Assembly: GCA_051362555.1 (NCBI GenBank) | Contig: CM120646.1 | Location: 12,462,001 to 12,526,000 of the forward strand | From: Lingula anatina | Taxonomy: Eukaryota > Animalia > Brachiopoda | Reading direction: 5' to 3' | DNA length: 64,000 nt | Part shown: positions 13,195-25,732 of the stretch, one piece after another | How the letters are laid out: each line of letters starts with the position of its first letter | Position numbering within the stretch: the stretch's first letter is position 1 | Program-made: the position numbers and the translations under genes | Notes under the pieces: generated by a model | The model's input: only the letters and a program-made list of their open reading frames with translations | Databases searched by the model: none | What the model was told of the DNA's origin: nothing

Positions 13195-14982
13195 ATGAAA
13201 TGTCTGCCACTTATTTGAAAATGGATTATACTTTTTCTTAGAAGTTTTGCTAAGTTTACCGGTAGCCGGAACGGCGGGTTAGAATCAATTCAAGATCCAT
13301 AGATACCCTTCCAGCAATGTGCATAATAAGGGCGGTAGGTGTGACACTTTTGTGGTAGAGGAGCACAGGTATATAATAATATAAGATTTTTGCCTAAGGA
13401 AAATAGTGGCTGAATGTTGTTTGAAATTATAAAACACTGTAACTTTTTGATCTAGGGCTCCGGTAAACGTACTATTTTCAAAAATATATTTAGTGATTAA
13501 CTATATCAAAATAATGGTTCAAGGATGAGAGGGCTTGGTTTGTGGTCTTTACTCTCCCCGACACATTTCTGTGTTCCGTTGCAATTTGCAGGAAACTACC
13601 CCTTTTTTAATATTCAGACAGGACATGCTCTGACTGGATCAGTGGATATTTCTGAAATGTGTACTACATGTTATGTAGTACTTTATATCAACAGCAAGTT
13701 CGATATGGAAGACCTGTTTTCCAGTCACTACTTGGAAGCTGCATGCATGGTCTTTTGAGCACCTTATTTGGATATTTTTGGTGTTGGACACAACTGCTTT
13801 ATCATTATGGTTATTGCCGTTTCTTTACTGTGCTTTACTTTTATTTACTTGTTACCATTATTATGGATTTTCATCATTTTGGTTGTTGATACTGTGTATT
13901 TACATTAGAATTTAGTATCAAATAGTTAGACTCGAAGATAAATTTGTTCAAAGAGACTGCATATCGTAAAGAAACTAACATGCCAGTAAGGAAAAGAGTA
14001 CAAGTAAGAGAAACAAAGAGTGCAATTACTGTATAGTTACATGTGACAACAAAAGAGTCTCGTTATCGTATTATTGTGATTGTATTACTTTAAGTTGTAA
14101 ACTATATGGTCCAGTATCACACCGTTGCATAATAAGGAAATGGCAATAATTTGATTGACAGGAAACAATGGAGAGTTATGGAAAAAACTTAGTAACAATA
14201 GATTGCGTGAGAGCATAAAACTTACGCTAAAACTAAGTTAAGGATTGAAAATAAATTTAACAAAAGGTTGTTATGGAAAGTTTTGAAAGTAACAAAGAGA
14301 CAGTGTGAGACATCGTGGTATTTGAATGTGGCGTGATATATAGGCTTAAAAGGAATATTTTATGATTGTTAAATCTGAATGCCCGAATAAACTCCCATGC
14401 TGACAAAAACGGGTTTTTCTCCTCACTATCTCCAAGTGGTAAAACAGCATTGCCATACCATTTTTTTTGTCAAACAGTACTCAACAATTGCCTTCAAGTT
14501 ATAAAATAATGTCTTGTCGCTTGAGAGAGCTGATAACAGCCAGATGAAGCCAGACGCACCAATGACCGTTGGTGATGCTAGACACTGAATATGGGGCGTA
14601 TAACTCTTTCACAGATGATAATTTGGGAAATATGGAGATCAGATCCAAATTACGTTTTAATCGTTTTTGCATGACTTAGCATCAGCCAAGTATTTTTGTT
14701 TGCTTTATTAGAAGTATTCAAGTAAAGAACTGTAATACAATAACACTGAAAAAAAATTAAAAGTCATTAACACGATTGAAATTATTGTTTCCTAATCAGT
14801 CAGAAAAATAGGGAAAATGAAAGAAAAATGATTCGGGAAAAAATATGAAATTTGAAATTTCAAGAATAAGATATAGAGAGATGGTGGCGCATTGGCTTGT
14901 GTGTTGGACTGCTCATTCCATTATTAAATGTTCATTGCCTCGTGATAAGTGAAAGTTGGAAGAGAGAATAAGGAGGAGAATT

Positions 14983-15039
<57 letters not shown>

Positions 15040-18000
15040 CGTAGAGGGAGATTATGCATTATTTCTTGATTGATCGACTTGTTACGATACGATGTTAGTG
15101 ATATTTTGTGGGAGGATGACAGTACTGAGGCAGTATCTCTACCATAAATCCGCCAAAAGCGCCTCACTGCGACTACAGTCACGCAAACACTTGATTTCTA
15201 TAACCACTTAAGCCAATTACTCAGGGAGCTTATTCGTGACGAACTTTGTTTTCCATTATATGTATGTGACATGCGGGATGAAAACCCTTGTGAAGATCAA
15301 GTTTTAAGAAACTGTTCGTGTAGGGGGCATTTTGAGAGCTAAATGTTTCCACCGAAGCGCACATACGCAAAGCCCATATTGACAGATAAATGAATTAAAC
15401 CGGTCATATTGAGAAATGCAACGGAACCTAATTAAAATATGCTATAAGTGGGGTTTGAGCCTAAGATTATTTTCAATTATTTGGTTGATTTTATGCAAAT
15501 TTGCACGCAAACATCTAATGTATTTGTGTGCTGAAAAAAAATCTGTATCATCCAATGAAGTTAGAATACCACTTTGTCAGTCACTGCTGCATACAGCCAG
15601 AGGGTGAATGACGACTTTTTTGCTTGAAAATGTATGGTAACGGAAAAAAAAAAAAAAACAACGGGCATGAAATTGACAGTGATTCTAAGGCCCATATTCT
15701 GACATGACGAATTTTGTATGGGTTGTTTTCACATTCATTCGTCTGAATCAAATTTGACATCGACTTTGTGTATGGCATCTAAGGAAAACTACATATTTAT
15801 TGTATTTACGTATTTGGTTAACAAATAAGAAGTGATGTGTTTCACATTTAACACGAAAAACTGTTAATATTGTGCGTGATACTGTCATGCTAAATGGTTC
15901 TCCTCAACCGAAGCTCAGGGATACAGTGAAGAACATTCTGGTTTGCAGTGTGTGTTTTGTCAAAGTCCAAATAATAATTTAGATATTGTCAACCGGACGA
16001 ATGTAACCGGAGCAGACGGCAGACAGGGGCCTCAAAAGCTGTACAATAAACAGTCCGAGCATTCTCCGCTTGGGGGCGTTTGTCAAAATCTGCCAGGACG
16101 TCCATGTCCAATACTACTTCTCCCCGTTTACCCCAAGGTGTTTCTGATTCTGAACCGCTATAAATTTTTCTGAATGAAGGGAACATTCTTTTCAATGGAG
16201 ACTTCTGCACATCTCTCGAATTCTGATACTGGATTCTATTGTTTGCATCTCCCCTGAAGCGAACTTGGACGTGGTTTGCCATATCGTAGTTTCGCAGCCG
16301 AAAGGCGTAATCGGGAGTGACAGCTGGAAGTTTACAAAACTTTGTTTTATGACATGTATATTTAACATGATTCACATATCTTTTAGAAAACATTAACTGT
16401 TAAAGCAAATACATATTATACGGAAGCCAGAAACACGTGCCCTCTTGCCAAAACGCATGCTTCTGTTGTGAGTGCTAAATTCGTATGCAATGTTTTGCTA
16501 AGCGACTGGCTCGAGCGTCTAGGAAAACTAAAAGGATATCACACTTCTCTGGGAAAGGCAAAACTTAATTTCCCAATTAAAACTGAATAATTGAGATGGA
16601 ATGTGGGTCACTTTGACAAATTGGCAAATTCGGTATGAATGCAATAGAGACGTACGTCTTTAATAATCTTGCAGGAAAATGAACTACCGCTTCACCTTGC
16701 TTTCTTTTGGTTTACCAATTTGGGTAATCATCCTTGTAATGCCATTATGATTAAATGGTAAAAGGTTTAGTGTTTTACAAAAATAACATTTATGGTACAG
16801 TGCGTCTTTTTTGCTGTATAGATATATTCCATTTGGTGCATTTTTGCAAGCTGAATCAACTATATCACATGATCACGTTAATGATTTAATTGAAGATTTC
16901 ATGCACAAGTTACATAAATCTAACCTTATATACAACCTTAAGTTCGATATGTGATTGTAAGTAATTAAGCCCGCTTCACAAAAACCTTGCCTTCACAAAA
17001 CTTGTTCATGTAAAGCAGGAGGGTTAAAGCTTTCATGAAGCACGTTTATATACATGCTTTCCTAACCTATGCACGCAGCCGTGCACTTATATAATAAGCT
17101 TGTCTAATTTAAGCAAAGACAATAATATTTGACGGCAGGATTAACATTTGCATTGAAACACACTATCCAGACAGAATAATATCAAACCGCTCTTGGATGC
17201 CTGCAAAAAGTATTTGGAAAAGTAAAATAAAATAGATTTAGTCTTTATACCTAGTGGGTCTTCAAAAGGCAGTTGATCTAAGGAAAAATAGGAAAGTGTA
17301 GAAAAAATACTCATATGACTAGAAAAAACATAGCCTATAAAGATATTTAAATCATCGCCTGTAAGAATTTTGCCCGTGTGTGAATGGTGTGTGGAAGATG
17401 TCTATGTCTCTCATTGGCTTGTAAATTTATTGTATTAACTTTTGTGATATATATAAACATTTGCAATAAGGCATGCTGTCTGTTCATTTATTTGTCGAAT
17501 TCAAATTGATTTAGGGAAATATTCCAAACAACGCACCTTCTACCTTATCATAACTTAACAATCATTTTTTGTTCCATGAATTGTCGCAACACCACTGTAA
17601 CACCAAGGTGTATTTTATCTAAAGTCTGTTGAGAAAACTGAGACAAAATGCAGACAAATGACTAGATAGATACATAGATAAAACTGAAACTTAAGAAAAA
17701 AAAATATATTTACCTGTTATCGAGTTCTGAATTTAATAGCTCAACCCCAACGATTATATTGATCCTAACAGTACTATCCCGCTACGAAAATGACTTGAAA
17801 CTAAGAATTCAAGAACGGGCTATAATGGAGCAATGTTAAACATTGGTGATTGACAGATAAAGTTAAAATTACCACGAAATAGTGCCATAGAGTATAATGG
17901 CCTCGCGCTCACTGTATGCGTTAAACAGAAATCTCATTTGGTACTATAAAGATATTACAACATTTTGACAACTACTTACCAAAGGCGCAAACAGTAAGGA

Positions 18001-18885
18001 CCAGTAGTACTGCTGGATTCATAATTAGTACAGATGCCTATTGCCTGTTTAATCCAGCCGTCTCCTTTGTGAAACTTAAAGTGGTGTCGTCTGCTAACTA
18101 AATATATTAACACGCGAGGGATTGTTTCTTATATGTAATGGTCGTGTTGACGTCCGTTTTTACATGAGCCCATTTTGTTAATGAACTCGTGATTATCCTA
18201 ATTCCCTAAAGAGACCGTTGAAATGACGCACTTTTTTCACTTATTGTTCGATATCAGTGCTTTTGTGTTGCATGCAAAAGTGCAAATTCAACGATTCTAT
18301 TAAAATGGCCTAATGTATAAGACGTGTACAAATATTAGTAATATTCGCAAAGGCGTCCATAACAAACGTGCAAATAAATAGCGGAAAGACGACAATCCAC
18401 GCTCTTCAACGGAAGTATAGTGCATTTCAGTTCCAAAATGATTTATATTCAAATTGACTTTGGTTTAGTCATGTACAAAAACAGGACAGGGGAACAGATT
18501 TGATCATTATGCTCCTTTAACTTCTCCCTTTCTCGACGGCAGCCCTGTGATATGTTGGCCTGACCCACTCTTCCCCTCTCTTCAAACCAAAACTGTTCTA
18601 GGGCGATCTTTATTAAACTAAATTACAATTTATACCTATATGTAGTAATTACAACTACGCGTCGTCCACTGTTTGCGACGTACAAGAGCGTACTAACATC
18701 GAGGCGCAGCAATGAGGAATTGAATGAAGATTATATCGCCGAGGTGGAGCCAAGACTCGCATGCAGAGAGAAAGAGCTCGTGACATTCAGTGGAACAAAA
18801 AGGCAAAGTCGTTATGTGATGTATGTGTCAGACAACCTCATGCTTTTCACTGACAGTTGTCTTTATTATTATATACAAATACATA

Positions 18886-19771
18886 TGGGCGGCTAAAAGG
18901 GCAAAAATTCATGTCGTCGATTCAGTTATGTTTCGTCGATTCACTGCCTTCTCATCGATTCAGTTTCAAGTTTAAACGACCCTGTCATAAATTCAGCATC
19001 TACTTTCGTCAGTTCAATTGTCAAACATTTCTCACCTACGGTGTATTAAAACCAATGCTGTCACTTTTTTCGTCGATCGTGTAACTATTCTCGTCGATCG
19101 TCTAATCTCGTCGATCGTCCAACTAATCTCGTCAATCGTGTAACTATTCTCGTCGATCGTCTAACTATTCTCGTCGATCGTCTCATCCATCGATCGCCAG
19201 AGGGCGCTGCGGTAGCAACACGTGCTTCTGTCTGTCAATCACGCGGTAATTTTTAACTCGGCCAGCCATGGTCAGAGTTGAAAGCAACTAGAAAATAATG
19301 TCCCTACAACAGATTTTAATTATTAACAATTAAAATTGAAATTGTTGAGAAAATTTTCTTATTTCACTAGCAATCATTTTGTTGTCTGCCATTTTGATAG
19401 TCATGTGATAGGCCAATGTGCTACCACAGCGCCCTCTGGCGATCGATCGATGAATGATGAGGTGACGTTACAGGATCGATGAGAGCAGTTAGACGATCGA
19501 CGAGAATAGTTTGACGATCGACGAGAATAGTTACACGATCGACGAGAATAGTTTGACGATCGACGAGAATAGTTACACAATCGACGAAAATAGTGACAGC
19601 ATTGGTTTTAATATACCGTAGATGAGAAATGTTTGACAATTGAATTGACGAAAGTAGATGTTGAATTTATGACAGGATCGTTTAAACTTGAAACTGAATC
19701 GATGGGAAGGCAGCGAATCGACGAAACATAACTGAATCGACGACATGAATTTTTGCCCTTTTGGCCGCCCA
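18886..19771. mobile_element. MITE with about 330-350 bp TIRs containing about 21-bp tandem repeats; TA TSD (Tc1/mariner-type)
   Basis: TA|TGGGCGGCTAAAAGGGCAAAAATTCATG...CATGAATTTTTGCCCTTTTGGCCGCCCA|TA. The arms at about 18886-19217 and 19417-19771 are reverse complements. Confidence 0.85.
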
Positions 19772-19788
19772 TAAATACACACACTGGA

Positions 19789-19862
19789 GAGGTGTGATGA
19801 CCTAGTGGTTAGCACGCTTGATTCGGGTGTGAGGGGTCCCGGGTTCAAATCCTGTAGCCGCG
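19789..19862 (+). promoter_or_regulatory. tRNA-Pro(CGG)-derived Pol III head (A and B boxes) at the 5' end of the retroposon
   Basis: A-box-like TGACCTAGTGG and B box GGTTCAAATCC. The stretch TTCGGGTGTGAGGGGTCCCGGGTTCAAATCC closely matches the anticodon arm, variable loop and T arm of metazoan tRNA-Pro. The acceptor stem is not preserved. Confidence 0.75.
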
Positions 19863-20017
19863 ACTTATCATTCTGGTAAACATGTAAAACCAGTACTACC
19901 TGTATCATGCGGGGGGTCAGGACCCGTAAGCTTTGAACAGCAACCTGACTAGGAGTTAGGATAATTCTCAGATAAAACCCTACTGCCTTAGTAGCAAAAA
20001 TCCAACCGGATCATAAG

Positions 20018-20568
20018 CAGGCCTACCCAACTACCAGACTCGACAACTAAGGATCCTGAATTAACCGGTATATCGGACCACGCTACCCGTTTTCAAGGTG
20101 TGTGTCAGATCGCATTTCGGAGTATCATACCCCAGATCGAATTTTGTAACACGACTGCGAGCTCATCCACGCTCGGCTGAACAACCTTAAACTGTACTCT
20201 TACTTTAGAGTACTCTATTTTATTGTCTCTATGGGGATATATGGGGACTTTACGACATTCGTTTTGAATGTTTTAACCACTTTTGATAGGGCTCTTTTGC
20301 ATTGTATTAGATTAATGTGGCAGTCTAAGGTTCATCTAGGTGGCTTTCAAAATTATGCACCCGGTTTTAAAATCATATAGCGATTTTACGACAATCGTTT
20401 ACTATCCAATCAAGGTGACAGCCGAGCATGCCAGGGCTCATCCTGTCGGTGTTCTGGCTGATACTCCGAAATGCGATCTGACACACACCTTGAAAACGGG
20501 TAGTGTGGTCCGATATACCGGTTAATTCAGGATCCTTAGGTGCCGAGTCTGGTAGTTGGGTAGGCCTG
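20018..20568. mobile_element. Non-autonomous DNA transposon with about 110-bp TIRs and a 5-bp TSD (hAT5-like), inserted in the LINE 5' region
   Basis: ATAAG|CAGGCCTACCCAACTACCAGACTCG...CGAGTCTGGTAGTTGGGTAGGCCTG|ATAAG. Confidence 0.8.
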
Positions 20569-20859
20569 ATAAGGCTAGCGGAGAAAAACCGTATACAAAC
20601 ATAGGGCAGGCAAAGCTCTTTAGTGTGTTCACACAAGTTTGCCTAGAAATGGTGTTGCCAACTTCAACACCCTCTCCCAACCCGCAAGGCCAGCGTGGGA
20701 TGAGTAGGCCTAAAATCCAGCATGGAACGACCAACAAACACACGGCCTCCAGTACCCAGCCGCACAAACGCCCTGAACTTAGGAGGTGATCCTGGTTCAG
20801 AGTGCAGGAGGTGCTAAGACTCTCTGGGTCAGTAAGGATCACCAAACATCAAGACCAGT

Positions 20860-23406
20860 GAAAAATTTCAACATCATTACTTACAACATTAGAACTCTGA
20901 AGAACAATGAAAGACTTGCAGAATTGGAAACTGAACTCTGTATGAAGAAGTACAACGTCAGTTGACAACAGACTGCCATGGGTGATTTCAACGCCTAGAT
21001 CGGGATAAATTCAGACGAGCAAGAGCGTGCCACAGGGAAATTTGGCAGCGGAGAGAGGAATGAAAGAGGAGACTTACTTATTAAATGGGCGACAGCAAAT
21101 AACTTGAAGATCATGAATACCGCCTATACAAGAAAAAGATATCAAGAAGATGGACATGGCAAAGCCCAGATGGATGTACAAGAAACGAAATTGATTACAT
21201 CATGACAAACAGACCGAACATCTTCACGGATTTGAAAGTGCTAAACGGGCAGTGACCACAGAGCAGTTACGGGAGTGATTAGGATCAATGTCAGGAAGGA
21301 CAGACAGAAACGCCTGTCAAATCCATCAAAGAGACCTAGTATCGAGCAACTGGTCATAAAGAAAGACGAGCTCCAAATCTTCCTAACGAACAGATTCAGT
21401 GCACTAGAGCTAGAAGGTGAAGATGGAGTAGATGAAATGAACGATAGAATAACGACCACCATCCTAGAATGTGCATCAGAAGTCGCACCGGCCAGTAAAA
21501 TGAAGGACTCAAAGCTCTCAACAGAAACGAGGATTCTCATGAAGAAAAGACGGATGATGAAGAAAATGGAAGTAAACAACAACAGGGACATCAGAAACAA
21601 CATCGAATATGCAGAACTGGATAAGACCATCAAGAAGAAGGCAAGGGAAGACATCAGGAAGCAGAACATGAAGAAGATAGCAGAGACCATCGAAAATGGA
21701 AAGAGCATGAAAAGAGCAAAGAGATCCTTTCAACTAGGGCAGGATAGAATGCTGACTCTTCAAGACAAAGATGAAAATGAGCTCACCACACAATACCAGA
21801 TATTTTAACGAGTAGAAGAATTCTATGAAGAGTTGTATGACAGCAACAAGGGAATAAATCTCAACAAAGGCATGCGATCTACCAGACATAACAGCTTGGG
21901 AAGTAGAGTCAGCAGTCAGCAAAATGAAGAACGGGAAGGCAGCAGGAAATGACAACATCAAAGCAGAAATGGTAAAAGCAGGAGGAGATATCCTATCTCA
22001 GGAATTAGCCAGGCTCTTCACAAAGTGCTTACATCTGAAGGAAATTCATGCAGCATGGAAGAACGCCAACATGATCATAATGTTCAAAAAGGGCAATAGG
22101 AAAGACATCAAGAACTACAGACTCATCTGCCTACTTTCTAATTTGTACAAGATTTACACCAAAATATTGACCGAACGGCTAACAAGACAACTAGATGAAG
22201 CGCAGCCAAAGGAACAAGCAGGTTTCAGAGGCCAGTACACCACTACTGATCATATGCACACTGTCAACCAGCTCAAAGAGAAATGTCTCGAGTATAACAT
22301 TCCACTATGTGTAGCATTCGTTGATTATGAAAAAGCCTTCGACTCAGTAGAAACCCAGTATATAGGCATCCCTGCAAGATCTAGGGATCGAAGATGGATA
22401 CGTAGACGTCCTCAGAGACATATACACCGATAGCTCTGTAACAGTCAAACTACACAAGACCACCAATAAGATCAGGATCAAGAAAGGTGTACGCCAAGGA
22501 GATACAATCTCTCCTAAACTGTTCACAGCAGCATTGGAACGTATATTCAGGGATCTAGACTGGCAGGACAAGGGCATAAACATAGACGGTACCAGGCTCA
22601 ATCACTTTAGGTTTGCAGACGACATAATAATAGTAGCAGATGATGCAAAAGACCTCGAAGAAATGCTACAGGCGTTAGCAGATGAAAGCGCAAAAAGTGG
22701 GCTAAAGATGAACACCAGCAAGACAAAGGTGATGTTTGGACCACTAACCACCCCTTGTACAGTGATGGTCAACACCGAAGAGATAGAAGCAGTAGAAGAG
22801 TATATATACCTTGGGCAACGGTTCAGCCTAAGTGATCGAACACTGGAGAAAGAAATCCAACGAAGGATAAAAGCAGGATGGGCAGCATATGGGAAGCACA
22901 ATGACATCTTCAGGAGCAACCTTCCTACCTGCCTGAAAAAGAAAGTGTTCAATGCTTGTGTGCTGCCGGCAATCACCTATGGTTCAGAGACCTGGGCATT
23001 GAATGCCTCCATGGAACACAAGCTACAAGTATCTCAGAGAAAGATGGAAAGAATTATGTTGAACATCAGTCCAAAAGAGCGGAAAACGAATGTATGATTA
23101 CGTGAACAGACCAATGTTAAGGACGTACTGCTCACAGTTAAAGAAATGAAATGGAGGTGGGCAGAACATGTCAAAAGAATGAAGGACAATAGGTGGACAA
23201 TGAGGCTTACAGAATGGACCCCAAGGTATGGACAAAGAAAAAGAGGAAGTCCGGTCAAACGATGGAGGGATGAATTAGATGACTACTGGAAGTCTTGGAA
23301 GAAGAAACCTTGGCCAAACTGGAAATCTGAGGCTCAGGATAGGAAACAATGGAAAAAGCATGCTGAGGCCTTTGTCCAACAGTGGAACACTATACGCTCT
23401 AAATGA
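20860..23406 (+). pseudogene. Disrupted endonuclease-reverse transcriptase ORF of the RTE LINE
   Basis: ORF pieces 21275-21808, 21924-22433, 22534-23097 and 23146-23406 are separated by stops or frameshifts. An internal deletion near 20950-20975 removes much of the APE domain. Confidence 0.85.
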
Positions 23407-24864
23407 TGATAATGATGACACACACTGGACAATAGAAGTGTCACCCCTACTGAACCAATACTTTGGGGGGAGATAAATGACTGTGGAATGATATGCTCCT
23501 GGTATTGTTTAATTAACATCAAATTTCACGAAAAGACCAACAATACAATTCCATGGTAAAGATGTTTTATGCTCATTAGTCACATTATAAGTAGACCAGG
23601 CATTATAACTTTGATTACTCTGATTCAGGGAGTGACACTTCAAATGTCCAGTGTGTGTACCAGTACCACCAGCACTCGATCCCTAATCTAGATTTAGCAA
23701 TTGGACTATGCCATATCAACCGGAACCAAGAACACCCATTTTGATTATAACCATAATCTACCATGATAGGCATTCTGTAAACTGCAAAAAATGTCGCCAA
23801 CAACATTAAGGCAACATACAAGCGGGGTGTAAGGTAATGTTTGTGAATTATCCTTGGATGAAAAGCGGTCATGTTTGTGTCTGATCAGTTTTCTGACCTT
23901 GGTTCATTAGCGTTATGGTTATCATTATTACTTTTTAGTAAAAGTTTAATGTCGTTTTGGATGATTTGTTAAAATTGGAACGAACGATAACGTCAGTACA
24001 CATTTATTTTCATAGCTTGTCACTACGCGGTTTTAGCAATATTGATGAGAGAAGTCTAGGCAAACCATTCCGTGCAATCATGTCTAAGGCCAATTAAACC
24101 CTAATGAAGCAAAGCCTACCGCCATCCCCTCCAAATATATTTTTGCGAAATTCCCCGTCTTGCATGGCGACCAAAAACCAACGCAAAATAAAACGAACAT
24201 TCATTTTTAATTCAGAAAATATAGATCAAAACCGTTATCAAGAAACCGCGGCTATAACTTCATTAATTACAATTCTGCACCAAACATGTCCAAACCAAAG
24301 CCATCTGTTTCAGAGCCATTCCAAATATTCCTGATCAATTTATAATGCTGATCGATCTTAAAAATTGCTAGTCACGTCTAAACATGACATAGACGTTACG
24401 CACCTTTACCGCTAAAAATTATTATCGTCGTCATGCTCATACAAGCTCAGCGTATATACAGTATGTAGGCATCATTATCATGTGAATCAAATAATCTTGT
24501 CAAAAGTCTCTGCTTTATGGTTTCATTCTTCAAGATAACTGTTTTCTATTGGAGCAAAATGTCTCTGGCCACCTTCAACCCTTCTTTTTACTTGGCGTAT
24601 TCAAATGCTTCCAGAAGTCTGTACACTTTATGTGATCCATTACTCAAAAATCATGTTAGATGAATTTTTTTCTAGCAGACATAAGCGTAGCATGTTTCAA
24701 ATTGAGACTATGGCTTTAAACAATGGAGTAAGCAAAGTAATGCTGATCAATTAAGTATTGCTGATCTATTTTCAGCAATGCTATAATAAGTTATAAACGT
24801 CGCTAGATTTTGACAAGGAAGTATCACCCCTTTACCTATTAGACATACAGTTTTATGTTTGTTA

Positions 24865-25062
24865 AGCCCCCTTTATACTGGACGGCGTCCTTTTTCGTCC
24901 CGTAGTGCGACCTGTTTGAGAGTAAAACAAATATAACTTTACATGCCGACAACTGGCCTATCATTGACCATTCATTCTGCCATCAAAGCGATACGACCAC
25001 AGCGATTCCAGTTTCATGGTCGTACAAATGACGCAAAAAGTACCGTCCAGAGTAAAGGGGGT
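24865..25062. mobile_element. Harbinger-like MITE in the SORD-A 3' flank
   Basis: AGCCCCCTTTATACTGGACGG...CCGTCCAGAGTAAAGGGGGT. Empty sites are seen in the flanks of copy B (near 33303) and copy C (near 50014). Confidence 0.65.
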
Positions 25063-25183
25063 TAAACGCCTATCTAAACTCAACGTATAATAATTTGGAA
25101 GCAAATTATCTTGTAAAACAAATTATCTTGTCGCACTTCTCTGTTTTTCTTTCGTTCTATGTGATAACCGTCTCCTGTTACAG

Positions 25184-25677
25184 CTAATAGTCATTACACG
25201 CGATGGCCACCTTCATCCCTTGTCTATTCCTGGCGCAGTCGAACGCCTCCAGAGCTTTGTCCAGTTTAAATCGATGAGTGATTAGCGGTTTGATGTCCAC
25301 TTTGCCAGAGGTCACTAACTCCATTGCAATTTCGTGACTAAAATAGAGGACATACTCTTTATACAAGTACGCGTATATTATATGAAGTGCATATACATGG
25401 CGCTCTTGGCAACTAAAGCATCATATATTGAAACTGTTTTTCGACAAATGTAACCTTTATGTCCCATCATGTTCCCAACAAACGTTTATTTAGGCAGATT
25501 TACCTCCAACCATGTTACCTCCCACCTCAGTTTTAACACAAAAACACTTACTTTGTATTGCAACTGTCAGCATCTTGGGTCTTTTCATTTCAAATCTTTG
25601 GACAAAACTTTATATACTGTTGCTCAAAATGGTTGTCACACTCTCTAGAAAGTGTGTTTAATAAGATAATCGGATTT

Positions 25678-25732
<55 letters not shown>

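Larger units (their letters stand above)
19789..23417 (+). mobile_element. RTE-clade LINE, apparently intact at both ends but decayed, with a tRNA-derived 5' head
   Basis: 12-bp TSD ACACACACTGGA at 19777-19788 and 23418-23429; (TGA)n-like tail at 23403-23417. Contains APE endonuclease remnants (NIITYNIRTL near 20868, MGDFNA, WTWQSPDG..RNEIDYI), RT motifs (EQAGFR, FVDYEKAFDS, GVRQGDTISPKLF, FADD, YIYLG) and the RTE-type C-terminus (YGSETW, KWRWAEHV.R, RKRGSP..RW.D). Confidence 0.9.
19778..23657. mobile_element. About 240-bp TA-flanked MITE whose left TIR was the LINE insertion target
   Basis: The left TIR (TA)CACACACTGGA is split by the LINE and resumes at 23418 as ACACACACTGGACAATAGAAGTGTCAC. 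The right TIR GTGACACTTCAAATGTCCAGTGTGTG(TA) ends at 23657. Confidence 0.75.

Noticed and set aside
19040-19600. Regularly spaced 21-bp repeats resembling a CRISPR array
   Set aside because: There are no unique spacers, the repeats are mirror-imaged inside MITE TIRs, and the context is eukaryotic with no cas genes.
19789-19862. Functional tRNA-Pro gene
   Set aside because: The acceptor stem does not pair, no oligo-T terminator follows, and it lies inside a retroposon TSD.
21241-23258. Long minus-strand ORFs (155, 124 and 85 aa)
   Set aside because: They are antisense shadows of the A-rich LINE ORF.
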